Assembly: GCA_039795775.1 (NCBI GenBank)
Contig: JBDKLC010000005.1
Span: 89,905 to 153,904, forward strand
Reading direction: 5' to 3'
Source of the DNA: Candidatus Parcubacteria bacterium
Lineage (GTDB): Bacteria > Patescibacteriota > Minisyncoccia > Phycocordibacterales > CAIZLB01
Length of the DNA: 64,000 nucleotides
Of this stretch, positions 46,394 through 56,668 are shown in pieces; the first letter of the stretch is position 1, and each line of letters opens with the position of its first letter. Both the position numbers and the translations under genes were made by a program. The notes below the pieces were generated by a model. That model was given only the letters and a program-made list of their open reading frames with translations. It made no database searches and was not told the DNA's origin.

Positions 46394-46969
46394 ATGTACA
46401 CGTACAACGACCATTCAGCCTCAGGACTCGGTGCAAAAAAAGCTCATGCTGGAAATGAAGGTGCTATTTCTGAGCAGATGCGATTGCAGCACATCAAAGA
46501 AGAACGTGAACGACAAGAAAAACAGCGAGCACGACAAGAGCTCTCAGACAAGAAGCGCCAGTATGACCTTCACAAAGAAGATATCCGACGGCGAGAAATT
46601 GACTTCCGGCGTGTAGAACAGGAGTTCGCTCATACAGAGCAAATGATTCATGAGTTCGAGCGAGACACAAAACAGAAGGAAGACAAAGTGCAACAAAAGA
46701 AATCACAAGTGCACGAGATGGGAGTCCAAATTCAGAAGTTGCAGCTCGAATTACAACAACTCAAAAATGCTCAGTTGAAAGAATCTGGTACACTGACGCA
46801 CCTCGAAGCAGAGCTCACCTACGCTGTACGAGAAAAAGAAAAGAAGACAGCAGGCTTCCAAGAAATGGAAACAAAAAAGAAACGACAATCATTCGAAATG
46901 GAACGAGTACGAGGAGAAATGGTTCGACTCGAACAAGAAATGAAACATCTCGAAATGAAAGCACGGTAA
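46394..46969 (+). CDS. hypothetical coiled-coil protein
   Basis: 191 aa. Highly charged E/K/R/Q-rich heptad-like sequence. Confidence 0.5.
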   Translation: MYTYNDHSASGLGAKKAHAGNEGAISEQMRLQHIKEERERQEKQRARQELSDKKRQYDLHKEDIRRREIDFRRVEQEFAHTEQMIHEFERDTKQKEDKVQQKKSQVHEMGVQIQKLQLELQQLKNAQLKESGTLTHLEAELTYAVREKEKKTAGFQEMETKKKRQSFEMERVRGEMVRLEQEMKHLEMKAR

Positions 46970-46997
46970 AAGTAGGAATCTTTCCTACTTTTTACTT
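46966..46997. terminator. bidirectional terminator, member of recurring AGTAGGAA...TTCCTACT motif
   Basis: GTAAAAGTAGGAA-tct-TTCCTACTTTTTACTTT between convergent genes 46394..46969(+) and gpmI(-). Confidence 0.7.
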
Positions 46998-48506
46998 TAT
47001 AAGACTTTGACCTGTCATTCCGTCAGGCTTCGCCACACCAAGCAAGTCAAACACAGTTGGAGCGATGTCTGCGAGTGAACCACTGTCTTTCAATGTGAGC
47101 CCTGATGAAGATGTCACAATTGCTGGTACTGGGTTGATTGTATGAGCTGTATGCTTTTTACCAGTTTCCAAATCTACGTTTACTTCGGCATTACCGTGGT
47201 CGGCTGTGACAAAGGCGATACCATCTCGTGCAACCAATGCGTCGATCACTCGACCAAGCTGAAGGTCTACTTCTTCTACAGCTTCGATAATAGCTGGCAC
47301 ATTTGCTGTATGACCTACCATATCCGGGTTTGCAAAGTTGATAAAAATAAAGTTTGTGCCTTTTTCAATTTGCTCGATAGCTTTGTCGGCGATGGCGTCA
47401 GCTCGCATTTTTGGTGCAAGGTCGTGAGTCGCAACATCTTTTCGACTTGCGAGCATGATGTGTTCTTCGCCTTCGTGAGGAAGCTCGACACCACCATTCA
47501 AGAAATATGTAGCGTGAGGAAACTTTTCTGTTTCTGCAATGTGCGCCTGTGTAAGACCTGCGTGAGAAATTTCTTTGGCGAGAGTTGTTTCGATTTGGAT
47601 AGTAGGGAAGGCGACGAGCGTATCAAATTCAGATCCATATGATGTCTGCGTTGCAAAACATACATTGTCTGTCTTTGAGAGGTCAATCATTTTTTTCGAA
47701 AGCATTCGGGCTCTGTCTGCTCGGAAGTTGAAGAAGAATACAGAATCATTTGATTGAATTTTGCATCCCTGACCCATAGGTGTTTTCATGACGATAGGTT
47801 CGAGGTGTTCGTCGAGTTTGCCATCTTTGTACAAATCTTCGATAAAAGTTGAAGGGGGAACTTCACAAATATGTCCTTCACAGTTGAAGAGCGCTTGTTC
47901 TACTTTTGCCAATCGATCCCAGTTGTTGTCTCGATCCATAGCAAAGAATCGTCCTGACACTGTAGCGATAAAGCCTACATCAATTTCTTGGAGAAGTGCT
48001 TCGAGGTCTTTCAAATAGGCTGCAGCACTTTGTGGAGGTGTATCTCGTCCGTCAGTGAAAATATGAATAGCAACTTTTGTGATGCCAGCTTTCTTTGCGG
48101 CTTTAATAAATTCGAAGAGATGCTCTGAATGTGAGTGCACACCACCGTCACCAAGAAGACCCATGACATGAAGCATAGAGTCATGTTTTTTTACATGATC
48201 AAAGAGGGCATGGTACGCTGGATTTTTTTCGTATTCGCCCGTATCAATCGCTTTCTTAATTCGTACGAGGTCTGTGTCGATAGCTTTTCCTGCGCCGATT
48301 GTAGTATGGCCAATTTCACTGTTTCCCATTTGTCCTTCGGGAAGACCTACAGCAAGACCACTCGCTTCGAGGAGTGTGTGAGGATACTGATTCCATAATC
48401 GATCAAAGTTTGGGGTTTTGGCTGCTGAAATGGCATTGTGAGTTGCGTCTTCACGGTAGCCCCAGCCATCGAGGACTATCAAGACTGATTGTTTGGTGTG
48501 CGTCAT
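46992..48506 (-). CDS. gpmI: 2,3-bisphosphoglycerate-independent phosphoglycerate mutase
   Basis: LIVLDGWGYREDATHNAISAAKTPNFDRL...SEIGHTTIGAG. The track ORF extends to 48572; the conserved start is at 48506. Confidence 0.9.
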   Translation of the reverse strand: MTHTKQSVLIVLDGWGYREDATHNAISAAKTPNFDRLWNQYPHTLLEASGLAVGLPEGQMGNSEIGHTTIGAGKAIDTDLVRIKKAIDTGEYEKNPAYHALFDHVKKHDSMLHVMGLLGDGGVHSHSEHLFEFIKAAKKAGITKVAIHIFTDGRDTPPQSAAAYLKDLEALLQEIDVGFIATVSGRFFAMDRDNNWDRLAKVEQALFNCEGHICEVPPSTFIEDLYKDGKLDEHLEPIVMKTPMGQGCKIQSNDSVFFFNFRADRARMLSKKMIDLSKTDNVCFATQTSYGSEFDTLVAFPTIQIETTLAKEISHAGLTQAHIAETEKFPHATYFLNGGVELPHEGEEHIMLASRKDVATHDLAPKMRADAIADKAIEQIEKGTNFIFINFANPDMVGHTANVPAIIEAVEEVDLQLGRVIDALVARDGIAFVTADHGNAEVNVDLETGKKHTAHTINPVPAIVTSSSGLTLKDSGSLADIAPTVFDLLGVAKPDGMTGQSLIK

Positions 48507-48710
48507 GGCTAGTATTCTAATATGTAACTCATTTTCTCGTCTATTTACACGTGTTGAAACAAGTGGTAGCATTTAATTCCGGAGAAATCCCAACACCTCG
48601 TTGGTGGTCAGGAAGGTCCTGAACGACGCGTCGCCACACGCAAAACACAAAACAAAACCCAGTGGCAGTTAGTTGTTAGTTGCACATCAGAATCGAAAGG
48701 AAAACAAGGT

Positions 48711-49184
48711 ATGAAAATCACACCATTCACTATGCGCGGCAATGCCGCACATCTCTTTCAATCGCGAGCGGTTGTCGGAGAAACCATGGAACTCACCATG
48801 TCCGAAGCACAGCGCCGAGAAATCGGCTTCACAGGCCTGACCGTTTACCCAGGCGCGGTGACGGGCACAGTCCTCGCACATCTGCGTCATGGAGGAGGCA
48901 CCCTCGGAGGATGCGCACTCGGCTTCCACGAGTTCGTGGTCGAAATCCACGCAAATGGACACAAGATCTATGCCATCGGCAGTTACGATAATCACGCTGA
49001 CGAACCCGGCGGCAAACTCAGTGTCGTCAACCGCACATGGAAGGGTTCCCTTGAATTCGACCAATCTCGCGAACTGATGAATCTGTTGCGGGCAGAACTC
49101 AAGCTGGCCCTCATACCGCTTGCAAAAAAAGTTCCTGTGCCGACCAATGTGGTCGAATCGGAGCGAACTTCAGCGGCAGCCTAG
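48711..49184 (+). CDS. hypothetical protein (GC-rich segment; strand tentative)
   Basis: 157-aa ORF. Overlapping ORFs on the opposite strand. Plus strand favoured by the downstream plus-oriented terminator. Confidence 0.35.
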   Translation: MKITPFTMRGNAAHLFQSRAVVGETMELTMSEAQRREIGFTGLTVYPGAVTGTVLAHLRHGGGTLGGCALGFHEFVVEIHANGHKIYAIGSYDNHADEPGGKLSVVNRTWKGSLEFDQSRELMNLLRAELKLALIPLAKKVPVPTNVVESERTSAAA

Positions 49185-49300
49185 CTCACGGTTCGCTTCA
49201 TGCGGACCTCAGAAAAAGAAAATCATCGATCCCTCGACGCGCACGCGCTTCGGGGGGTCTTTCTTTTATGTATGTAAAGTGATATCTTTTTGGAAGACAT

Positions 49301-49828
49301 TTGAAAAAATTCCAACTCGGAGTTGGTGGCTCACACACGGTGAGTAACACGTCGTCGCACGTTCAACTGCGACATAGAAAGGACAAGGTAGTTCGTATGA
49401 ACAATCCTCAGTGTGATATCGGCATCTGCGGATCTGAGTCAATCGGTTTGATACAGGCACAACTGATATCTCCTGTGTTTCCACCACATGGGCTCGAAGT
49501 GCGGTTGAGTCTCTGCGCTCAAGATGTGAAAAGTATCCTGGGTGACATTGCACATCAATATGGTGCAACCATCGAATACAGATTTCTGTGCGTCATCATC
49601 CGACTCGAAAGAAAAGGATCAAACCACTGCAAATTTGTGGGACTGCTTCAAACAGGCCTCCAGGAAGGAGAAGTCCTACTCGTTGGAGGTGAGATCGCAC
49701 TCTTGCCGCATCATACCCTTGCTGATAGTTGGCTCATGCCAATCAAAGCATCACGTGATGCTCGACGGCAAATGATTGCAGAGGAAGCCATTCCATTTCC
49801 TGATCGGCCAACATTGTTGGCCGACTAA
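49301..49828 (+). CDS. hypothetical protein (GC-rich segment; strand tentative)
   Basis: 175-aa ORF ending immediately before the strong hairpin at 49830-49870. Confidence 0.35.
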   Translation: MKKFQLGVGGSHTVSNTSSHVQLRHRKDKVVRMNNPQCDIGICGSESIGLIQAQLISPVFPPHGLEVRLSLCAQDVKSILGDIAHQYGATIEYRFLCVIIRLERKGSNHCKFVGLLQTGLQEGEVLLVGGEIALLPHHTLADSWLMPIKASRDARRQMIAEEAIPFPDRPTLLAD

Positions 49829-49829
49829 C

Positions 49830-49870
49830 ACGCCTCTCCCAACCCAGTGGGAGAGGCGTTCAATTTTATA
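49830..49870 (+). terminator. rho-independent terminator
   Basis: ACGCCTCTCCC-aacccagt-GGGAGAGGCGT followed by TCAATTTTAT. Confidence 0.7.
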
Positions 49871-49887
49871 TACATAAATAGTAAAAA

Positions 49888-50171
49888 TTAGAAACCGAGA
49901 GCAGGGATGAGTACCTTCAATGCGGCAAGTATATTTGGAATGATATGAATAGTTGCAACAAGAATAACTAATACAATAAATAAAAAGTTTGCGAGCCGAA
50001 TGAGTGGGTGATGAATAAGCTTTGGATCGATATAGAGTGCAATTGATTCAATAATCCAAATACTTGCTGCCATAATAAACAGTACTAAGTAACGGAATTC
50101 TTGTTGTTGAACTGCCCAGGTGAGAACAAGCACACGAAAGAATACGATAGTATAGACAAAAAGTATTTTCA
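49888..50171 (-). CDS. small hydrophobic membrane protein (about 94 aa, 3 TM) downstream of eno
   Basis: MKILFVYTIVFFRVLVLTWAV...IIPNILAALKVLIPALGF. The track ORF extends into eno; ATG 50171 is the likely start. Confidence 0.5.
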
Positions 50172-50233
50172 TACTACATAAAAAAACGCCGACGTTAATC
50201 GGAGTTTTTTTAGTATCGTTTGTTTGTTGACGA

Positions 50234-51619
<1,386 letters not shown>

Positions 51620-51747
51620 TTATATATTTTTAATGATGTTTGCGGAGGCATTGTAGCATGAGAGAGGAGGAAATGAGAATACCCTCTATATATGTATAAA
51701 AATGCGTCGTGGCTGTATTTATCGCTATTTTATGATAAAGTCGTTTC

Positions 51748-52896
51748 ATGATTAATCTCGGGTTTTGGCAAGGGCTTAAGGAAAAAGCCGACAAGCAAGG
51801 TCGGCCTCTTTTTGTATTGGCACCTATGGCCGATGTGACAGATGCGGCATTTCGAAAAGTCATTGCTACATATGGAAAGCCAGACGTGACATGGACCGAG
51901 TTCGTTTCTGCCGATGGTCTCATGCGCGCGCATCCTGAAGGAAAGATGAAACTTCTCCGAGATCTTTTGTATTCAGACAAAGCTCCCAGTGATGAACGAC
52001 CAATCGTTGCGCAGCTTTTCAGTGCTCGACCCGAATATATGAAGGGTGCGGTGAAGCTTGTCGCTGAACTTGGATACGACGGTATCGACATCAACATGGG
52101 TTGTCCTGATAAAAGTATTGAAAAGCAAGGATGTGGAGCAGCCATGATGAAAAATCCTGAAGCTGCGCAGGCGGTAATCCGTGCAGCAAAAGAAGGTGCC
52201 GAAGAAGCGTGGAATGAAATGAAAGAAAAGGGGACGTTACCACCGAATCAGACTGCGGGACCTATTCCTGTATCTGTAAAAACTCGAATCGGTTACAACA
52301 AAAATGAATTGGCAACATGGTTGCCTGCAATTCTCGAAGCTGAACCTGCTGTGGTGACGATTCATTGTCGAACTCGAAAAGAAATGTCGAAGGTAGCAGC
52401 ACGATGGGAACATATAGAAGAAGCAAAAAAAATCAGAGATGAATTTTTCATAAAAAAAGAATCAACAGGTGAATATAAAAAAGGCGACCCACTGCCGCTC
52501 ATTCTCGGAAACGGTGATGCTGTGTCTATTTCCGATGCAGTCAGTCGAGCAACAACACACAACGCAGACGGTGTAATGCTTGGACGAGCAATCTTCGGTA
52601 ACCCGTGGCTCTTTAAAGGAATCAACGAGCACGATTTTAAACATGACCCAACTGGATACAAACAGTACGAACCTTCAGTATCAGAAAAGTTGAAGGTGAT
52701 GGTGGAACACACAAAACTCTTTGAAGAATTGCTCGGTGATATAAAAAGTTTCGCAATTATGAAAAAACACTACAAAGCGTATGTGAATAATTTTGATGGA
52801 GCAAAAGAACTTCGGGAAGAACTCATGAATGCAGCAAATGCTGGGGAAGTAGAGCAAAAAATTGAGGATTTTTTGATGAAAAGTTCATCTTTCTAA
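51748..52896 (+). CDS. dus: tRNA-dihydrouridine synthase
   Basis: 382 aa. LFVLAPMADVTDAAFRKV FMN-binding TIM-barrel N-terminus, and a catalytic Cys region (GCP). Confidence 0.85.
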   Translation: MINLGFWQGLKEKADKQGRPLFVLAPMADVTDAAFRKVIATYGKPDVTWTEFVSADGLMRAHPEGKMKLLRDLLYSDKAPSDERPIVAQLFSARPEYMKGAVKLVAELGYDGIDINMGCPDKSIEKQGCGAAMMKNPEAAQAVIRAAKEGAEEAWNEMKEKGTLPPNQTAGPIPVSVKTRIGYNKNELATWLPAILEAEPAVVTIHCRTRKEMSKVAARWEHIEEAKKIRDEFFIKKESTGEYKKGDPLPLILGNGDAVSISDAVSRATTHNADGVMLGRAIFGNPWLFKGINEHDFKHDPTGYKQYEPSVSEKLKVMVEHTKLFEELLGDIKSFAIMKKHYKAYVNNFDGAKELREELMNAANAGEVEQKIEDFLMKSSSF

Positions 52897-53076
52897 CTAG
52901 GAGAGGCTAGCATGTGGTGTGTTTGACATTACAGCTATCTGTGGTAATATTATATACGTCAGAGGTGAACCCTTTGATTCTTGATTGGCAACGCCGATCG
53001 AGAAATAACCCTTGCTCTAGCAACATCAGTGGAGTAAGGACACAAAGCACAAAGCCCTAAGGAGGGGCATTCAGTC

Positions 53077-53220
53077 ATGAAGATCCATCTGCACTTGAAG
53101 AGCGAAAACTCGAACATTGTTGATTCCATGCTGCCGGCCGCGCGCCGCGACACCAAACATTATTCCGGCCGCGCCGGAGACGTGGTGCTCGCCGACGCTA
53201 CCGCCAGTCCCTTTGCGTGA
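53077..53220 (+). CDS. 47-codon sORF with strong Shine-Dalgarno (AAGGAGGGG-N8-ATG), function unknown
   Basis: MKIHLHLKSENSNIVDSMLPAARRDTKHYSGRAGDVVLADATASPFA. Its 3' half lies in a roughly 65% GC structured segment. Confidence 0.25.
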   Translation: MKIHLHLKSENSNIVDSMLPAARRDTKHYSGRAGDVVLADATASPFA

Positions 53221-53495
53221 TCATCCGCCGCGGCCCATTGCCCCGGAAGGTGAAAACCGGGGCAACGCCGCACCAGCGAATGGTGCACGCGGGAGACCTC
53301 AGGGTCTCCCAGAGTAGCATGCAACAAGTCGTCAACTCGCGTTGAACTGTTGCAGCACTCACCTGGTTGAGTAGTTTGAACGATTCATATGTTCTCAATA
53401 GGTACAAGCGAAGCTTTGCCGAAGGGAAATCATCGACGCTCTATAGTCCGCACTTCAGTGTCAATCGTCAAATCATACTTGACCCCAACACCCGC

Positions 53496-53533
53496 CTCGG
53501 GCGCACCTGTGCGCCCGAGCCGGAACTTTTTTT
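53496..53533 (+). terminator. hairpin + T-run closing the structured GC-rich segment
   Basis: CTCGGGCGCA-cctg-TGCGCCCGAG, then CCGGAAC and TTTTTTT. Confidence 0.55.
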
Positions 53534-53722
53534 ATATAAAATTTATATAAATTACATATTATTTTGAATAAGATTTTCATTTACAAACTGGCAAAAGTAT
53601 CCTGTAACGTTTTCCACACACTAAAGAGCCTTTTTTAAACGTATACTCAATTCATTACTAATGGTAAGAGACCTGTACCACGTGCAACGAGGGAATGGGG
53701 TTAGACATAATAAGAAAAAAGA

Positions 53723-54172
53723 ATGACAAATATTGCATCAAAAGACCTTACAAAGGTGGCACCACGAAGTGCGTATGAAACTATCAACGGATTCGCTATT
53801 CTCGCACGAGCAATAGACAAGGGACGAGCTACAATCGCTGGTACAAACGGCGATTATAACTTCGACTGTCCAGTTGATAACATGATTCTCAATTTCGTTG
53901 GTATCAAGGGAGAAGAACTTCGAGCAAAACTTGAAGCTGGTGCGACAGACGAAGAGATCGGAACATGGGTGAAGGAAGCATCAAAAAAGTCTGATGAAGA
54001 AATCAAGGCTTGGTCAGAAAGTTTCAAGTCAGATTTTTCATATGCTCACCATCCAGATGCAGGAAAGCAGGCATGGTTCCGAGGTGAATGTGAACGACTT
54101 GGTCTCAATGCAGACACAACAACTCTCTTTGATTATCTCGATGTAGATGACAAAGCAACATTCGCAAACTAG
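53723..54172 (+). CDS. hypothetical protein
   Basis: 149-aa ORF followed by two tandem terminator hairpins. Confidence 0.6.
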   Translation: MTNIASKDLTKVAPRSAYETINGFAILARAIDKGRATIAGTNGDYNFDCPVDNMILNFVGIKGEELRAKLEAGATDEEIGTWVKEASKKSDEEIKAWSESFKSDFSYAHHPDAGKQAWFRGECERLGLNADTTTLFDYLDVDDKATFAN

Positions 54173-54215
54173 TCACTATCAAATTGTAGATTTAGTAGTG
54201 AAAGAGAAATAGTTT

Positions 54216-54251
54216 TAAAAACATTCACCCCTATGTGGGTGAGTGTTTTTA
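54216..54251. terminator. rho-independent terminator
   Basis: AAAAACATTCACCC-ctatgt-GGGTGAGTGTTTTT. Confidence 0.65.
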
Positions 54252-54255
54252 ATTT

Positions 54256-54279
54256 GTAGGAAAGATTCCTACTTTTTAC
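54256..54279 (+). terminator. second hairpin, recurring AGTAGGAA...TTCCTACT motif
   Basis: GTAGGAA-aga-TTCCTACTTTTTAC. Nearly identical to the 46971-46996 hairpin. Confidence 0.6.
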
Positions 54280-54598
54280 TTGTATGCATTTATATATATA
54301 GATGCATATATTTATTTATTTTTAAAAAAACTTGACACGTGTTTACATGTCGATTAAGATGTTACTCCCTCGAGCAAAGCAGTTTTCACAAACCGCTCCT
54401 CAGGGAAGAGTGAACCACAGGTTCACACAAGTTCTTTTCAAGGTTAGTCGTCTAGACAAATCGGTAGGAATGGAGCAAACAAGCTCCACAACAATTTTCA
54501 GAATTTCAAACAATTCCTCCCCCGACAAAAAACTGTCTCACCCTAACCCTAGCCGCAAGGCACCCCAGGCTCGCAAGAGCACCCCCGTAACAAACGGA

Positions 54599-54640
54599 GG
54601 GCCGTCGTTGCAACACGTGACGACGGCCCTTTCCTTTCTC
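54599..54640 (+). terminator. strong hairpin + T-rich tract just upstream of dnaX
   Basis: GGGCCGTCGT-tgcaacacgtg-ACGACGGCCC followed by TTTCCTTTCTC. Confidence 0.5.
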
Positions 54641-54680
54641 GGGGTTTTTGGGCTTTAGTTCATCTGTTATACTAAGTGCA

Positions 54681-55754
54681 ATGAAAACATCTGACATGAA
54701 ATCTACATCAAAAAAAGCTGAAACAGCATACGTTTCTTTATATAGAAAATATCGACCTGAAACATTTGCTGATGTAGTGGGGCAGGAACATGTGACAGAT
54801 CTTCTTGAAGAATCTATCAAACAAGGCAAGCTCGGACACGCATATCTTTTTTGCGGAAGTAGAGGTACAGGTAAGACATCAGTAGCTCGTATTTTTGCGC
54901 GAGCCATCGGCACAACACCAAACGACTTGTATGAAATTGATGCGGCATCAAATACAAGTGTTGAAGACATTCGATCTCTCAATGAAGCGGTAAATACAAT
55001 TCCGTTTGAATCAAAATACAAAGTGTATATTCTTGATGAAGTGCACATGCTTTCGAAGTCTGCGTTCAATGCGTTTTTGAAAACACTCGAAGAACCACCA
55101 AAGCATGTCATCTTTATTTTGGCGACAACAGAAATGGAGAAACTTCCTGAAACAATAGTTTCTCGATGCCAGAGTTTTGTTTTCAAACAGCCAACATCAG
55201 AACTATTGAAAAAAGTAGTACTCGATATTTCAAAAAAAGAAGGCGTACAGATCGAGTCTGCCGCAGCAGAGCTTGTTGCACTTCTTGGTGATGGATCATT
55301 CCGAGACACGCTCAGTATTTTGCAAAAAGTGTTGTCATTGTCTGGCACATCATCTACAGAAATAACATTGGCAGAAGTAGAACGAGTAACGGGAGCTCCA
55401 AAGTCTGCAATTGTATTTGGCATCGTCGATGCGCTCGCACAAAAAGACATCACAGCGGCGCTCGCGCACATCGCGGCCGCACGCGACGCTCATCTCGACA
55501 TGAAAGTATTTTCAAAACTTCTTCTATCACGACTTCGATATTTGTTGCTTCGATCAGTTTCTCCAGCACAAGCAATCGGTGGAGCTCAGGATTTTACACA
55601 AGACGAACAAAAGAAACTTGATGCACTCAAGATGGATACAGCAACAATCGTCAAAGCGCTCTACGCAATGCTCGATGCCAGTCAGCAGGTAGGGAAGTCA
55701 TATATTTCTACACTCCCTCTTGAGCTCGCTGTCGTACGACTCCTCCAAGCATAG
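54681..55754 (+). CDS. dnaX: DNA polymerase III subunit gamma/tau (short form)
   Basis: YRKYRPETFADVVGQEHV, Walker A GSRGTGKTS, ILDEVHMLS, and an arginine finger in SRCQ. The track ORF starts at 54648. Confidence 0.85.
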   Translation: MKTSDMKSTSKKAETAYVSLYRKYRPETFADVVGQEHVTDLLEESIKQGKLGHAYLFCGSRGTGKTSVARIFARAIGTTPNDLYEIDAASNTSVEDIRSLNEAVNTIPFESKYKVYILDEVHMLSKSAFNAFLKTLEEPPKHVIFILATTEMEKLPETIVSRCQSFVFKQPTSELLKKVVLDISKKEGVQIESAAAELVALLGDGSFRDTLSILQKVLSLSGTSSTEITLAEVERVTGAPKSAIVFGIVDALAQKDITAALAHIAAARDAHLDMKVFSKLLLSRLRYLLLRSVSPAQAIGGAQDFTQDEQKKLDALKMDTATIVKALYAMLDASQQVGKSYISTLPLELAVVRLLQA

Positions 55755-55833
55755 CTCTATAAAAAGAACACCTCCCACGCGATTGAACGCGGGGAGGGTT
55801 TTGAGTGTGGCTTTTGCAGCCTGTTCGTCGGGA

Positions 55834-56289
55834 CTATTCCCGGAAGGGGTCGCTTTCCAAAGTCCGGAAGACGATTTGGATGACTGCCCCGGTCTTGTTG
55901 TGGCGATACATCTCCGCTGTGGTGTCGGCGGTGCTGACGGAGAATTCCCCGAGATGGGTGAATTCACCTGACAGGCGGATGTGTTCGCAGAGTTTGGCGT
56001 GGGCCGCAACGCTTTGGACCCGAAAGCCTTCGTGCTGCGGAATGTGACTGCGGACGATCTCGAAACGCACGTGACGCAAATTGGGATTTTGCATGAAGAT
56101 CGTGTGCGCCGGGCCCGTTTCGCTGTCTTTGCCGACTTTTACTTCTTCCCAACAGAGCTGTTTGAAGAGATTGGCTTTTTCTTGGACGGTTTCTCCGATG
56201 ATGATCGGAATGGCCGTGTGTTCGTGGTGGTATGCCACTTGAGCTCCTGATAGGAGATTCAAAACGACAGAGTTGATGGGTGTTTTCAT
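55834..56289 (-). CDS. hypothetical protein, possible cupin-like metal-binding fold (GC-rich)
   Basis: About 151 aa from MKTPINS... GAQVAYHHEHTAIPIIIGE loosely fits G-x5-HxH-x-E of cupin motif 1. Competing ORFs on the opposite strand. Confidence 0.35.
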   Translation of the reverse strand: MKTPINSVVLNLLSGAQVAYHHEHTAIPIIIGETVQEKANLFKQLCWEEVKVGKDSETGPAHTIFMQNPNLRHVRFEIVRSHIPQHEGFRVQSVAAHAKLCEHIRLSGEFTHLGEFSVSTADTTAEMYRHNKTGAVIQIVFRTLESDPFRE

Positions 56290-56554
56290 GAGACGACTAT
56301 CTGATGGTACCGATGCTTGTCGGCAGTTGTTGTGCTGTGGTGTGCTAGTTTTCTCTTTCTTCAAGCAAAGAAAGTTGAAATACAATAACCCAAAATACTA
56401 GTTTTGTATAGGTTTTGAGTAGACGCTGAGAAAGAGATGAAAGGGGAGAATATGAAATACAACCTGACCCTTGAAAAAAAGCTTATTTTAGCGTATTTTA
56501 TAGGAACTATCTGTTGTGGGCTGCATGAGGCAGGGCAATATATAGACAATATAA

Positions 56555-56625
56555 TGGGGGATCGTCTAATGGTAGGACATCCGGTTTTGGTCCGGCGAAT
56601 TGGGGTTCGAGTCCCTATCCCCCAG
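56555..56625 (+). tRNA. tRNA-Gln (anticodon UUG)
   Basis: Hand-folded cloverleaf. Acceptor TGGGGGA/TCCCCCA with U1:A72, discriminator G73. D-arm GTCT/GGAC with GG in the loop. Anticodon loop TTTTGGT. T-arm TGGGG-TTCGAGT-CCCTA. No CCA encoded. Confidence 0.85.
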
Positions 56626-56631
56626 CAAAAC

Positions 56632-56668
56632 AAAAAAGCACCACTGTCAAGTGGTGCTTTTTTATTTT
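56632..56668 (+). terminator. rho-independent terminator after tRNA-Gln
   Basis: AAAAAAGCACCACT-gtca-AGTGGTGCTTTTTTATTTT. Confidence 0.85.

Noticed and set aside
53180-53545. RNase P RNA (rnpB) hypothesis for the structured GC-rich segment
   Set aside because: Size (about 370 nt) and the strings AGGUGAAA...GCACCAGCGAAUGG and GCAACAAGUC resemble parts of type A RNase P RNA. I could not find the universally conserved P4 strands (AGUCCGG ... CCGGCUUA) on either strand. Retained only as an unresolved candidate ncRNA in findings.
54332-54650. Confident call of SRP (4.5S) RNA upstream of dnaX
   Set aside because: The position fits the common ffs-dnaX synteny, but the conserved helix-8 sequence GGAAGGAAGCAGC is absent, so no feature call was made.
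54506-55471. 321-aa ORF on the minus strand
   Set aside because: Entirely antisense to dnaX, whose plus-strand translation has unmistakable clamp-loader motifs. The minus translation is Ser/Cys-rich and low-complexity.
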